Source: Pseudomonadota bacterium
Lineage (GTDB): Bacteria; Pseudomonadota; Alphaproteobacteria; Sphingomonadales; Sphingomonadaceae
DNA length: 63,173 nucleotides
Reading direction: 5' to 3'
NCBI GenBank assembly: GCA_038522255.1
Contig: JBCBKF010000001.1
Coordinates: forward strand, 1-63,173
Part shown: piece by piece, positions 8,968 to 18,873 of the stretch
Numbering within the stretch: the first letter of the stretch is position 1
How the letters are laid out: every line of letters begins with the position of its first letter
Position numbers and translations under genes: made by a program
Notes under the pieces: model-generated
What the model saw: the letters and a program-made list of their open reading frames with translations, nothing else
What the model was told of the DNA's origin: nothing
Database searches by the model: none

Positions 8968-9316
8968 GCCTAACTTGTAGGCCGCGCCTGTTATAGCCGC
9001 AGGCTGGCACATACGATTTCGCTCGTCTGCCTTCCGCGTCCGTCCGTGGACATTTATGGGGACCGTCTTGGACGAAGAGGTCATCCAGTCCCGCCAAGAG
9101 CACTCATCGAATGCGCTTGGCGGGCGACCCGGTAACGAGGGTCAGTCGGGCTTTCGGATCCACCCATGCGCCAGCGGTTCAGGTTCGTAGAGTTTTCGCT
9201 ACACATTGCCCAAGGGCTTTTCGCTACTTCGTCATCACCGTACTTGGCTTTTGCATTCTTTGATTCGCGCGGCGTCTCACCGCAGCGGACTATTGAGCCT
9301 CCGTGGCTTCGGGTGT

Positions 9317-9352
9317 TGCGAATATATTAGCAGTCGCATCGGCATGATTCAA
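9317..9352 (-). promoter_or_regulatory. Leftward promoter with operator, upstream of the ncRNA array
   Basis: TTGAAT-N17-TAATAT on the minus strand; operator TGCGAATATATTAGCA 9317-9332. Confidence 0.7.
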
Positions 9353-9364
9353 GGGGATTTTGGG

Positions 9365-11874
9365 TTAGGCGGCTTGGTCCAGATCAAACAGCGTCGGCAT
9401 GCTGAACTTGCGTTCGGCTGATTTCAGGTAGTGCACCTGATCCATGAAGTAGGTCGGATTCAGCTCCGAACCGCCGCCACGGCGCCCCTTCAGGATCGCG
9501 CGATATGGGACCGTGCCCAGGCCGCAGAACGGGTCATAGACCAGCTCATCTTTGTTGCTGTAGCGCTCGATCAGCCGATCGACGATATCGAACTGCAGCG
9601 GGCAGACGTGCTTCTCCACCGCTCGGCGCGCTTGTTCGCCATTGAGTGTCAGCATGCGCGTGACGTCATGCCAGATGTTTGGATCGTGCGAGCCTGGCGC
9701 GAGGCTCATAAACGTTGAGGGCAGGGCGCCACGCTGCTGCAGTTCTTCGCCAATCTTGACGTGGAATTCGTAGTCGTAGACGTTTTCCAAGCTGTACTTG
9801 GTGAACAGGCTGGCCAGCTTATCCGGGCCCAGCGCGGCCAGCTCTTCGGCTGTCAACAGGCGTTCGCCGCTCGAGCGCCAGAATGCATGTGCATCGATCT
9901 GCCAGCGCGCAAGGCTGTATTCGTTCTTCGATTTGCGAATCGGCACATCGGCGTAGCCCTTGGACCGATCGCTTTGCGGCTTGTGGAACAGCAAGACATA
10001 CTCCGGCGAGCCGACACTCATCTTGCTCCCGTCCTTGCACATTTCCGTGTAGCCAAGGCGATACGTCTGATTGTTCTCGCGCACCACGTCAGTGTTGACC
10101 GTGATCATCCCGCAATAGTCGAAGCCATGTTTCATGCCGTGGAAGAGGGCTTCGGCGTGAAAAGGGCTGTACGTGGGGATGCCGGCGCCCGTCACATTGC
10201 CGAACAGGATGCGGTCTTTCACATGGCAAGCATAGATGCGGCCTGGTTTCAGGATACGCAGCAGTTGAGGCGTCAGGAGTCCATCTGCTGCCAGAAGTGC
10301 GCGTTGTCTTCTGTGTGGCCGAAATCGTTGTAGCTCGGAGAATACTCGTAGTGGTTGGCGAACGGTATTGACGTAACGATCAGGTCGACGTGGTTGTCAG
10401 GCAAAAGTCTCGCTTCTTCCACACAGTCATTGTTCGCCACAGCGAAGCGATCGCCCGTGACCTCAATGCGCTTGACGCCGATAGAGCGAGCGAGCGTTTC
10501 CTGCATGGCGAGCTGGTTCAGCCCGTATTCTCGAATGATGGTTGTCATCTTGGCCTGCATTTCTTCGTGTTGTGCCCACTTGGCGAGCAGAGTACGCAGA
10601 ACTTCCCGTTCGGCCTCGCTGTGGATGATGTCGATCCGTACCGTGTGTGTCTGTCCGAAGCGCTGCACGCGGTGAATGGCTTGGATGAAGTCGTTGAACT
10701 TAAAGCCGATGCCGGCGAAGATCTCGCGGTGGCAGTGGCGCTGGAAGTTGCAGCCGCTGCCGGCGATGATCGGCTTTGTGGAAAGCAGACGATGCTTGCC
10801 GTCCCCAAAATCAATGATGCGCTGCTCGCGCTCGTCCAGGTGCTGCGAGCCCCACACGCTGACCGCTTCCGGAATGGCTTGCTGGATGGCGTGGCGCTCG
10901 TCTTCTAGATCGTGCCAGACGATGAAATGATCGGCCGGTGCTTCCGTCACCAACTCGCGCACCTTCTCGACGCGTGCCGGCATGCTGTCGCGTTTCTCGT
11001 TGCTGGCCGCGCTGAGACTCAGCGCCGGATCGGTGAACATCAGCGCCTGGCCATCGCGCTCATGGCCAGCTTTGGCGTAGTCGCTTGGTATCTCGTGGTA
11101 GCGCACGTCCAGATCGGGCAGCACATAGCCTTCGTCGCTATGGCCAAGATCGCTCGGCCGCTGGATGAAAACCGCCCAGCTCGCCACCCACAGCCAGAAC
11201 TCCTGTTCTTTGTGCGGGTAGAGCGTGAGGTTGCCGGCCTTCTCGCTGTCGCGCTGGAAAAAGCGCGTCAAGGCCTGTCCGGTGTCCATCACGCCGAGGT
11301 AGCCGGCGTAGTGGATCAGTTCCTTGAAGCGGTTCGGGCTCGGCGTGGCCGTGTTGACCAACTTGAATTCGACGGGCTCAAAGGCTGGCAAGAACTCTTG
11401 ATAGGTCTTGCTGCCATAGCTGCGCAGGACGCTCGCTTCATCCAGATTGGACGCGCGAAACAAGCCCGGCGTGACCTTGCCTTCGCGCACGCTCTCGTAA
11501 TTCGTGAGGTAGATCGTGCGTTCGTCACCGATCTCGCTGTCGCTGCGGATGAAGCGCAGATCTAGCGCGAACTTGCCGCGGAAATGCTCGGCCGCCTGCA
11601 GGATGAACTCTTGCCGGACTCCAAGCGGGCACACATTGAGACGCAGGCCTGGGCGATGAAGGCCAATGAGTCGGAACCACTCCAACGCCGTCACGGTCTT
11701 GTGCAGGCCGAACGATGCGAAGACGGCGCGATTGCCGCCTTTCGCGGCCCAACGAACGATGTCCTTTGTGTGAGGCTTGAGCTTCGGGTTCAGTTCGTCC
11801 GGGTCCACATCGAACCCGTCGAAGCGCGCCATCTTAATCTTGGCGCGCAGGAACTCATCGTAACGGTCACTCAT
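9365..11874 (-). pseudogene. SNF2-like helicase fused to an N4/N6 DNA methyltransferase, frameshifted at ~10280
   Basis: Helicase motifs (GLHKT, LDEAS, TATP, QAIHRVQRFGQ) then TSIPF and, in the next frame, YDPFCGLGT; adding one base gives QMDFLTPQLLRILKPGRIYACHVKDRI. Confidence 0.8.
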
Positions 11875-11955
11875 CCGCCGTTCTCCTGTTTGTCTTGTTG
11901 GGCCACCAGGCGCGCCACAGGACGCCTAGCCAGATTTGGAATGCGAGGAATGGAC

Positions 11956-13038
11956 TCACGCTGAAAGTGCCTCCATCACGATTTCGCACCAGATCTGCGC
12001 TTGGATAGCGTTGATCGCGTTTCCGTAGGCGCGCAGGCGTCCCACTCGGCCGGGAGCCCCATGAGCCAACGGGAATGTGCCGGGTTCAACTGGCCGCCAC
12101 TTGCCATCCCGGCAGAAGAGCCAATCAGCATCTCGCCAGAAGCCGTTAGTCGGGCCGGGCCGCACATCTTCGCCATACCCTGATTGGATGCCCGCGGACG
12201 ACTCTTGTCGCCCTGGTCGTACTGATAGTCTCCCCGGCGAGCGTCGATCATGGTCGGCGTCTGCCACCCCGCCAAATGAAATGCCTGATCCGCCAAACTG
12301 ATCTGAGGATCGGTTGGCTTGCGATTGCCCAGCACGGGGGGCTGCGTCTTGGCTTGCGTCATGGTCGTGTCCGGCGTGTTCCATCCGGCCAACTGCACCG
12401 CCTCTTGCATCAGCATCCCGCCCGCGTTGCGGGCGGCTCTGTTCGCCGCTGTGTCGCAGCCGCTTTTCCAGTCTCGCGCCGCTGGCGTTGGCCAACCGTT
12501 GAAGAGTTCGACGGGAAACCTGATTCCGTCCACCTCCACGCACTGCTGACCAGAAGTTGCGGTCTCGGATGTGCGGCGCACCGATGCCCGCAGACGGAAA
12601 CGGCTCACACCCGAAGGCGTGGTCCACTCCTTCCAGGTCAGCTTGTACAAGGTCGAGCCAAGCATCAGCGTCCTTGCTCGCAACCTGCTCTCCAAGAATG
12701 ACTGTAGGTCGGCGCTCGCCGATGAGGTGGAACCAGGCGGGCCATAGGTGCCGCTCGTCATCAAACGCAAGGCCTTTGCCTGCCGCGCTGAAAGGTTGGC
12801 ACGGACAGGAACCGGTCCAAACAGGTCGATCGTCTGCCCATCCAGCGCGGCGGAGCGCCAGCGACCAGACGCCGATTCCAGCGAAGAAGTGGCACTGTGT
12901 GTAGCTTCGGAGGTCGTCAGGTCGAACATCCTGAATGTCTCTCTCATCGACGTCGCCAGGCGCGATGTGCCCAGCGGTAATCAGGTTGCGCAGCCACTGG
13001 GCAGCGTATGGGTCGATTTCGTTGTAGTAGGCGCTCAT
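11956..13038 (-). CDS. C5-cytosine DNA methyltransferase, main polypeptide
   Basis: HFFAGIG (I), SCPCQPFS (IV), EQV (VI), HIRDR (VIII), RLRAYGNAI (X); no motif IX in this frame. Confidence 0.9.
   Translation of the reverse strand: MSAYYNEIDPYAAQWLRNLITAGHIAPGDVDERDIQDVRPDDLRSYTQCHFFAGIGVWSLALRRAGWADDRPVWTGSCPCQPFSAAGKGLAFDDERHLWPAWFHLIGERRPTVILGEQVASKDADAWLDLVQADLEGVDHAFGCEPFPSAGIGAPHIRDRNFWSAVRGGGRNQVSRRTLQRLANASGARLEKRLRHSGEQSRPQRGRDADARGGAVGRMEHAGHDHDASQDAAPRAGQSQANRSSDQFGGSGISFGGVADADHDRRSPGRLSVRPGRQESSAGIQSGYGEDVRPGPTNGFWRDADWLFCRDGKWRPVEPGTFPLAHGAPGRVGRLRAYGNAINAIQAQIWCEIVMEALSA
11976..12947 (-). CDS. Overlapping alternative-frame ORF, putative second methyltransferase subunit carrying motif IX (start uncertain)
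   Basis: 323 open codons nested in the MTase gene; ends [18 protein letters not shown]; three GWxTP repeats. Confidence 0.65.
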   Translation of the reverse strand: MRETFRMFDLTTSEATHSATSSLESASGRWRSAALDGQTIDLFGPVPVRANLSARQAKALRLMTSGTYGPPGSTSSASADLQSFLESRLRARTLMLGSTLYKLTWKEWTTPSGVSRFRLRASVRRTSETATSGQQCVEVDGIRFPVELFNGWPTPAARDWKSGCDTAANRAARNAGGMLMQEAVQLAGWNTPDTTMTQAKTQPPVLGNRKPTDPQISLADQAFHLAGWQTPTMIDARRGDYQYDQGDKSRPRASNQGMAKMCGPARLTASGEMLIGSSAGMASGGQLNPAHSRWLMGLPAEWDACAPTETRSTLSKRRSGAKS

Positions 13039-13314
13039 TCAAGCCGCCTCCTCATTAACCCGATGCCCCGGGCACCCGCCGCCGCTGTAGTCAAAGCCGG
13101 TACAACCGGATTCCGCATGCTGGCATGCCGCACCGCATTCCTTGCTCATCGGGATGACCTTGCGGCCCTTCATGGATTCAATGCGGAGTGTGTCGCGGGC
13201 CTCCCGCGGAGTCAGCTCGCGGCCGTTGTCGATGAACATGCCGCGGTAGCCGCTCGGGAATTTGATGTTCTGCAGGGCGCCTTCGACGTCTAGGCACAGG
13301 TGGTAGCGTCTCAT
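13039..13314 (-). CDS. Cys-rich hypothetical phage protein
   Basis: Tightly packed with neighbours; CTGFDYSGGGCPGH tail. Confidence 0.7.
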   Translation of the reverse strand: MRRYHLCLDVEGALQNIKFPSGYRGMFIDNGRELTPREARDTLRIESMKGRKVIPMSKECGAACQHAESGCTGFDYSGGGCPGHRVNEEAA

Positions 13315-14231
13315 CGTGCGGCTCCTTTTGGGGCGGCGGCCAGTCGAATGTGCTCAATCAGCAGATCCCATGAGCTGAAGCCCACGGTGATGATTTGCTG
13401 CTGACGCAGTGAGGCGGACTCCGGATTGGTTGTCACCTCAACCTGAAAGCTCGGCACCGCGTTGGCTTTCAGGTAATCGAGGACGACTTCGGCGGTGCCG
13501 GCGGGCGGCAGCGTAGTTGCAGCAACAGGTTTTCCAGCAAGGGCTTTGAGCCGCGACGTGCGCAGATTGATGTATGCAGGCGATTGCATATCGGCAGCGA
13601 GATCATCACGGTCAGACCACTCGACACAGCCAAGCCAGCCGAGGTCGTAGGCATCCCTCATCAGCTCCGAAGGTTTGCCGCCGGCTTCGGAGGTTTGCTC
13701 TGGAGGTTTGGGCTGTTGCTGGGAGGCTTCCTCAGCTTCTTCCAGCGCGTCAAGATAGTCCACCATCGCGCTGTAATCGGTGTTGTCCCATACCGCGCCG
13801 ATACCGCCGCATTCGCTGCAACCGCCGCCCAAAGCGCAGTCCAGCACGTTGCTGTGTGGATAGTGGCCGACCGGATGCCCATCTTCGCTTTCATAGCATC
13901 CGGTGCAGGTGCGCCAGAAACCGCCGCCTTCGCGGATGGCCTCGGGAATGCCCCTCAGTTCTTCGGGGAGTGCGGACAGGGCAACGGCGGCTTGCTTCTT
14001 CAGTGTGGCGATTGCCTCCAGGATCGGCGCTGCGCCGCCAGCCTCATCGGGATCAATCCCGAGGGCCGCATCAATGGCCGCAAGGCTGACCACCGCATCT
14101 TCAAACATGCGCTTGTAGCTCGCTGATTCGTCCAGCGCCTCCACGCCCCGCAAAAGCTCCCGCAACTTCTCGCTCATCTCGAAGCCGTGTTCCTGCGCTA
14201 GTTCGCATAGGCGGCCGTAGGTGATGGTCAT
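13311..14231 (-). CDS. Mosaic hypothetical protein with a central CxxC...CxxC domain
   Basis: Long ORF, ATGA overlap, GAGGG RBS. Confidence 0.7.
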   Translation of the reverse strand: MTITYGRLCELAQEHGFEMSEKLRELLRGVEALDESASYKRMFEDAVVSLAAIDAALGIDPDEAGGAAPILEAIATLKKQAAVALSALPEELRGIPEAIREGGGFWRTCTGCYESEDGHPVGHYPHSNVLDCALGGGCSECGGIGAVWDNTDYSAMVDYLDALEEAEEASQQQPKPPEQTSEAGGKPSELMRDAYDLGWLGCVEWSDRDDLAADMQSPAYINLRTSRLKALAGKPVAATTLPPAGTAEVVLDYLKANAVPSFQVEVTTNPESASLRQQQIITVGFSSWDLLIEHIRLAAAPKGAAR

Positions 14232-14311
14232 GCGTTCCCTCTGCCGTCTTGACCGGTCAAGGTCATCGTCACTTCGTCTTTGCGTTCCATTTCCGCCCCT
14301 GTTCGCTAACG

Positions 14312-14346
14312 TGCAATGATATTAGCCGAATGCAAATGTATTCGCA
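14312..14346. promoter_or_regulatory. Operator pair
   Basis: TGCAATGATATTAGCC and TGCAAATGTATTCGCA, starts 19 bp apart. Confidence 0.65.
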
Positions 14347-14357
14347 AGCACGATAAG

Positions 14358-14885
14358 CTAAGCGGCGCGACGAACCAGCCCAGTCCGCGCGAAGTGCTCG
14401 TCGGCGCGATCAAAGAACTTGGCCCGCAGCGCATCCATGGCCTGCTTGACCTTGGGCTCGTATCGCTGAATCGTCCGTTTGTGGACGCCGACCTTCTCCG
14501 CGATGCTCTCGCAGGACATGCAGCGCTGTTGTCCCAGCTCGATGTGCCGGCGCATGAGCAGGAACCGCATGTGCCCGTTGACGATGCCGGTCTCGGTAGC
14601 CAGGTGGATATCCAGCATGTAGTTGCCGCCCTTGCGCTCATGCTCGGCCCAGGAATAGGCCGCCCAGGCGTACGCCTGCAACAGCTCGGGCATGTCCTCA
14701 ATGTACCGGCGAATCATCGCCGCCTGGCCGTGCTGATCCTGAATGCTCAGCGCGCCGTCGGCTGATTTGTTCGTGTCGCTCGCGCCGGCCATCGCTCTCT
14801 GTGCGTCCGAGACCTTGCAAATCGGTTGCTCGGCGATGGCGTAGGCCCAGCGGAGCAGGGCGTCGGTGTCGCGAAAGATTCTCAC
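14358..14885 (-). CDS. Q-like late antiterminator/activator with C-terminal HTH
   Basis: Last gene of the nin-like block; SCESIAEKVGVHKRTIQRY HTH; GTG start overlaps the upstream TAG. Confidence 0.6.
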   Translation of the reverse strand: MRIFRDTDALLRWAYAIAEQPICKVSDAQRAMAGASDTNKSADGALSIQDQHGQAAMIRRYIEDMPELLQAYAWAAYSWAEHERKGGNYMLDIHLATETGIVNGHMRFLLMRRHIELGQQRCMSCESIAEKVGVHKRTIQRYEPKVKQAMDALRAKFFDRADEHFARTGLVRRAA

Positions 14886-15079
14886 TATTTCTCCCGGTAG
14901 TTCTTGCAACGATCCCCGTGCTTGCGCCCACTGCCGTCACGGTTTTTGAGCTTGCAGACAAAGATCACGGTGCCGAAGAGTTCTTTGCGTTCCTGATGAA
15001 TGCAGCCGGCGCACGTCCGACGCTCTTTGCGGAGCAGCCGCTCAAGCGGGTCGAAGTAGTCGAGATGCTCAAGGGCCAT
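14885..15079 (-). CDS. Small Cys-rich protein
   Basis: DPLERL...CAGC...C...C pattern; sits just before the Q-like gene. Confidence 0.6.
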   Translation of the reverse strand: MALEHLDYFDPLERLLRKERRTCAGCIHQERKELFGTVIFVCKLKNRDGSGRKHGDRCKNYREK

Positions 15080-15369
15080 CAGGCGGCCACCTCAAGCAAT
15101 CCAGCCTCAATCAGCGCAACGCTGGTCTTGGCAATCCATTCCATCTGCTTGTCCCGCTTCTCGGCCTTGGTCATGGTCTTGCCTTGGTCAAGTTCGGCGT
15201 GACACACCAGGCATAGCGCCATGAGCGCAGCGTCGCTTGCCTTGTGACCCATGCCCTTGCCGAAGCACGACAGATTCGCGTGGGCGGCTTGTGTCGCGCC
15301 TTGTCGACCGCAGCAGACGCAGGGGAGGGAAGCGACGGCGCGGCGCAGGGCCTCCGATCTGTAGGTCAT
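15079..15369 (-). CDS. DUF1364/YbcO-like zinc-binding HNH-fold protein
   Basis: LPCVCCG...QAAH...KGMGHKASD...LCLVCH. Confidence 0.75.
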   Translation of the reverse strand: MTYRSEALRRAVASLPCVCCGRQGATQAAHANLSCFGKGMGHKASDAALMALCLVCHAELDQGKTMTKAEKRDKQMEWIAKTSVALIEAGLLEVAA

Positions 15370-15502
15370 TAATCGCCCCGCTCTTCCCAGTAGCTGAGCG
15401 CAGCCAAGGCCATCGCAACTAGCGAGCAGACAAGCGCTGCGCCGTTTGACATCTTCGGCGACACATAGGCGATGGACACCAGCACAAAGAATTTCCAATC
15501 CT

Positions 15503-15919
15503 TCATTCGAAAGTCACCCCCAGGTTGTTCGCCGCGTAGGCCTGTACGGCTGCGGTGTATGCTGAGAACTCGCCCACGCTCATCTGCGTAGTGCTCTTGC
15601 GTCGGCTAATGATTTCGCTGTTTGGCAGCGTCACCTCATCGCAGACGCCGTACATCCGCGCGAAGTACTCATGCCATGTGTCCTTGTCGAACTGGCGCCC
15701 GTTGACCCATGCCTGTTCTACGATGTCGCGCAATACGACGCCCCAATAGAACCGGTTCTGTTCGTTGTTCCGCTTCTTCTCTTCGCTAGTGAGGATGATG
15801 CGCAGTGGCTCGCCCTTGTCGGCGAACGCCTTTGCATTCTCTTTGACAAGCGCCACGAACCTGGCCCAGACAGACGGGCCTTTCAGCACGAACTCACGGT
15901 ACAGAGGGGCGGCGCTCAT
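15503..15919 (-). CDS. ninB: NinB/YbcN-family recombination protein
   Basis: KRNNEQNRFYW, WHEYF and STTQMSVGEFS motifs. Confidence 0.85.
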   Translation of the reverse strand: MSAAPLYREFVLKGPSVWARFVALVKENAKAFADKGEPLRIILTSEEKKRNNEQNRFYWGVVLRDIVEQAWVNGRQFDKDTWHEYFARMYGVCDEVTLPNSEIISRRKSTTQMSVGEFSAYTAAVQAYAANNLGVTFE

Positions 15920-16288
15920 CTGCTGACAGCCTCAAAAATCCGCGTGTACCCGCGCACCCACTTGTCATGCGGCACGGAGCCAAACTTGTACAGGCAGAAT
16001 GCAAAGCCGTAGGGCCGGTAGATATGCAGGCGACGGCCGATTTGGAAGGCTAGGGCGCCTTCGTCTTCTACGGTGGGGAGGGCGAGGGTTGTCATGCCGC
16101 ACTGTCCACCGTCTCGCTGCGGTCCTTCACCTCCAGGCTGCTTACCGCCTCCGAGCACCTAGCGCAGTACACGTTGCCCTCAACAGTCAACCGGAAAAGG
16201 GCGCCCCCGCAGACGTGCTTGACGATCCCCTCGCGCAACGCTTCCTCGGGATTCTTTTGGTGGATGTTCAGGGTGTAGATGGTCGCGG

Positions 16289-16618
16289 TCATTTCGACTC
16301 CTTCACGGTGATGCCATGTACGTGCAGCATCAGCTTTGCCTTGAGGATGAAGTCCTTGGTGCGCACGCCTTTTACATCCTCGACGATCTGCTTGCCGCCC
16401 ATGTCATAGACGAAATCGGCGATGTACTTCACGGCCCGGATCGCCTTTCCGTTGGCGTCGCGCTGCGAGGGGATCAGGATGTACTCAACTTGGCGGCGCA
16501 GATTGCTGATCGACCGTTGGCGCTGCATCATCAGCAGTTCCAAGTAGCGGGCGTGCTCGCGCTTGCTGTCGAACGTGCCGGCCTCGGTCGTCACCTTGAC
16601 GTTGCGGTACTTTCTCAA
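16289..16618 (-). CDS. DUF1064-family PD-(D/E)xK nuclease
   Basis: KYRNVK, FDSKREH, YIADFVY, VEDVKG. Confidence 0.85.
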   Translation of the reverse strand: MRKYRNVKVTTEAGTFDSKREHARYLELLMMQRQRSISNLRRQVEYILIPSQRDANGKAIRAVKYIADFVYDMGGKQIVEDVKGVRTKDFILKAKLMLHVHGITVKESK

Positions 16619-16872
16619 GCGACCTTCTCCCCCGAGATAGCCGCCAGTCGCTGCGCGGCCGCCTGCAGGCGCGCGTTGAACCACCGCCTGATGCAATACG
16701 AGCGGACGATGGAGATCGCCGTGTAGATGAGCCCCATCATGAAGTTCGCGCCGGGCGAGATGTGGAGGCCAAAGAAGGGAAAAATCACCAAATTGGCGAA
16801 GTAGTTGATTGAAAATCCAATCACCACATTAATGATGGCTTCATAAAACGAGCCAAGGCGAGATTGCGTCAT
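16615..16872 (-). CDS. Small two-TM membrane protein
   Basis: QSRLGSFYEA...SIVRSYCIRRWF with two hydrophobic segments. Confidence 0.75.
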   Translation of the reverse strand: MTQSRLGSFYEAIINVVIGFSINYFANLVIFPFFGLHISPGANFMMGLIYTAISIVRSYCIRRWFNARLQAAAQRLAAISGEKVA

Positions 16873-17375
16873 AGCGTGTTACCCGCGTGGAACTGTCGTT
16901 TTGCAGAAAGATAGGCTTCACGCGCCTCTTCGGCGGTTTCATATAACCCCAAGTACCGCTGTTTCCCGGCTACCTTGATGCGAGCCTCCCACTTGTCGCA
17001 TGCCCGGTGTTTCCGCACACCCAAAATCCCTGATTTGCTGGATACCGTTGCGCCTTTACGGTTCTGCAAATTCACTGTGTGGCTGACATCGCGGAGGTTG
17101 CAAATTCGGTTGTCCGACCGAATACCGTTGATATGGTCGATATCGCCACATGGGGCACTTCCGTGGATATAGACCCAGGCGAGGCGATGCGCACGATGTA
17201 TTGAACGATCGACCGTGATTAGGATGTAGCCCTGCTCGTTCACGGTTCCGGCGATGCTATGTGCTTGCGCAGAGCGAGACCGTTTAACCTTCCATCGAAA
17301 TACGCCCGTTTCTGGGCAGTAGTCCAATAACTCTCTCAATCGATCAACTGCGATGTTCAGACGTTTGGATTGCAT
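16869..17375 (-). CDS. HNH homing endonuclease with AP2-like C-terminus
   Basis: AHRLAW, IDHINGIRSDNRICNLR, KWEARI...YLGLY. Confidence 0.9.
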   Translation of the reverse strand: MQSKRLNIAVDRLRELLDYCPETGVFRWKVKRSRSAQAHSIAGTVNEQGYILITVDRSIHRAHRLAWVYIHGSAPCGDIDHINGIRSDNRICNLRDVSHTVNLQNRKGATVSSKSGILGVRKHRACDKWEARIKVAGKQRYLGLYETAEEAREAYLSAKRQFHAGNTL

Positions 17376-17978
17376 TCAGGCCACCGGAGAAATTGGAGGA
17401 AGACCGGCCATCGCATTCGATTCGGCGATCAGGCGCGCATCGGTTTCGCGGGCTGCGTGCTCGGCCATGCCATCACGCTGGCCGAGCCATTTGATGGGCC
17501 GGTCGTCACCTTCCGGGTAGGTGCGGAGGTACGTCAGCAACATTACGACGTTGCACAGGAAGTGGCCGCGATGGGGCTTTTGGGATTCGGCGTCCAGCAT
17601 CTCGCCGGTCATCATTCCGAGGAATAGATGGCGCACAGCACATGCGAGCGGAACGCTCCAGGGCATGCCCTTGGCCCAGTTCCATTCCGCGTATTTCGCG
17701 CGCCCGTAGTCAAAGACGGCGGCGCACTCTTCCCATGCCGGCCCGACAGCATCGATTGCCGCATGCAGGTCGTCTGCCGTGCCGCCCTCTTGGAAGCGAG
17801 CCAAGGCGAACAGCGCATCAACGTATGCCACGCCGCCACGTGCTCGACGCTGCTGCTCGGCGATCAGGCGCAGCGGAATGAGTTCAAGCGCCGCCTTGCC
17901 AGCGTTGTATCTGGCGCCAGAACCGCGAGCGTCGGAGTGAACGTCGCCGATGTTTTGGGTATGCATGCTCGCGCTCAT
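17376..17978 (-). CDS. dATP/dGTP diphosphohydrolase-like (DUF5664-type) protein
   Basis: ARYNAGK, YGRAKYAEWNWAKG, RHL and DAESQKPHRGH motifs. Confidence 0.75.
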   Translation of the reverse strand: MSASMHTQNIGDVHSDARGSGARYNAGKAALELIPLRLIAEQQRRARGGVAYVDALFALARFQEGGTADDLHAAIDAVGPAWEECAAVFDYGRAKYAEWNWAKGMPWSVPLACAVRHLFLGMMTGEMLDAESQKPHRGHFLCNVVMLLTYLRTYPEGDDRPIKWLGQRDGMAEHAARETDARLIAESNAMAGLPPISPVA

Positions 17979-18147
17979 TCGACTTCTTCCTCGGGCCGCA
18001 TGCCGCCCAGATACCCGTAATCCCATTCACGGGCCTCTGCCGACCCATAGGGGTGCGGATTCGCCTTGAACGGCAGCCCATGTCGCGCGGCTTGCATTCC
18101 TTCTTCGCGCAGTTGGTCGATGAGGTGAAGGGATAGAGCTGGGTTGT

Positions 18148-18873
18148 TCATGCGGCCTCCCATTCAAGTCGCTTGCCCAGGTCTACCGGGCGCAGCGTTT
18201 CGAGATCAAGGATCGTGAAATCGCGACCACGGAAGACGGCGCCCGTGTCGATGTAGAAGGTGTTGCCGAGGCTCGTGAAGCGCTCGACCGGCGTGTGACC
18301 GACAACTACGGCGCGAACGCCAGCGACCGATTCAACTTCCATGGCGGTGATGCGCTCGCGTGACCACAAGGCGGCTTCGATGATTGCCTTGCGCAGCGAG
18401 TTCGACAGTTCCGGCGTCCCCAGAACTTCGATGAAGTCTTGCCATGACGGGAAGGGGCATTCGGCGTGGACGATGCCCACCAAGCCGCCCGACGTCTCCA
18501 CGTCCAGCGCGAGCGGCAGGGCAGAGAAGTAGTCGGCGAACAACTGCCGCACCGCAGGCGGGTTGCTCACGTTCCACGCACCACCGTTCATGGTGTAGTT
18601 CGTCGCATCCATGTTTCCGCGCGGCCAGCGGATCGCCATGTCTTCGTGGTTGCCGCGAACGGCATGGAACCATGGCTTATCCAGCCACTCCAGCGCGAGG
18701 TCCGACTCGGGGCCGCGATCAACCAGATCGCCGACGCTGAACAAGCGGTCGCATGCTGGATTGAAGCCGATGGTGTCGAGATGCGCTTGCCGGCGGCTAA
18801 AGCAACCATGGATATCTCCAACGGCCAGATCGCGACCGGTGGCGTTGCGCTGGAAATGGCGGATCATCGTCAT
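18148..18873 (-). CDS. ninI: NinI/PphA-like Ser/Thr protein phosphatase
   Basis: GDIHG, GDLVDRG, RGNHE, GHT and IDTGA motifs. Confidence 0.9.
   Translation of the reverse strand: MTMIRHFQRNATGRDLAVGDIHGCFSRRQAHLDTIGFNPACDRLFSVGDLVDRGPESDLALEWLDKPWFHAVRGNHEDMAIRWPRGNMDATNYTMNGGAWNVSNPPAVRQLFADYFSALPLALDVETSGGLVGIVHAECPFPSWQDFIEVLGTPELSNSLRKAIIEAALWSRERITAMEVESVAGVRAVVVGHTPVERFTSLGNTFYIDTGAVFRGRDFTILDLETLRPVDLGKRLEWEAA

Noticed and set aside
8661-9103. Short ORFs 8661-8861 and 8858-9103 (and 25616-26158)
   Set aside because: No convincing RBS or motifs, and they run through strongly paired RNA elements or tRNAs
17376-18873. Z-base or other hypermodified-genome pathway
   Set aside because: No purZ, queuosine-type or glycosyltransferase genes and no phage polymerase in the window
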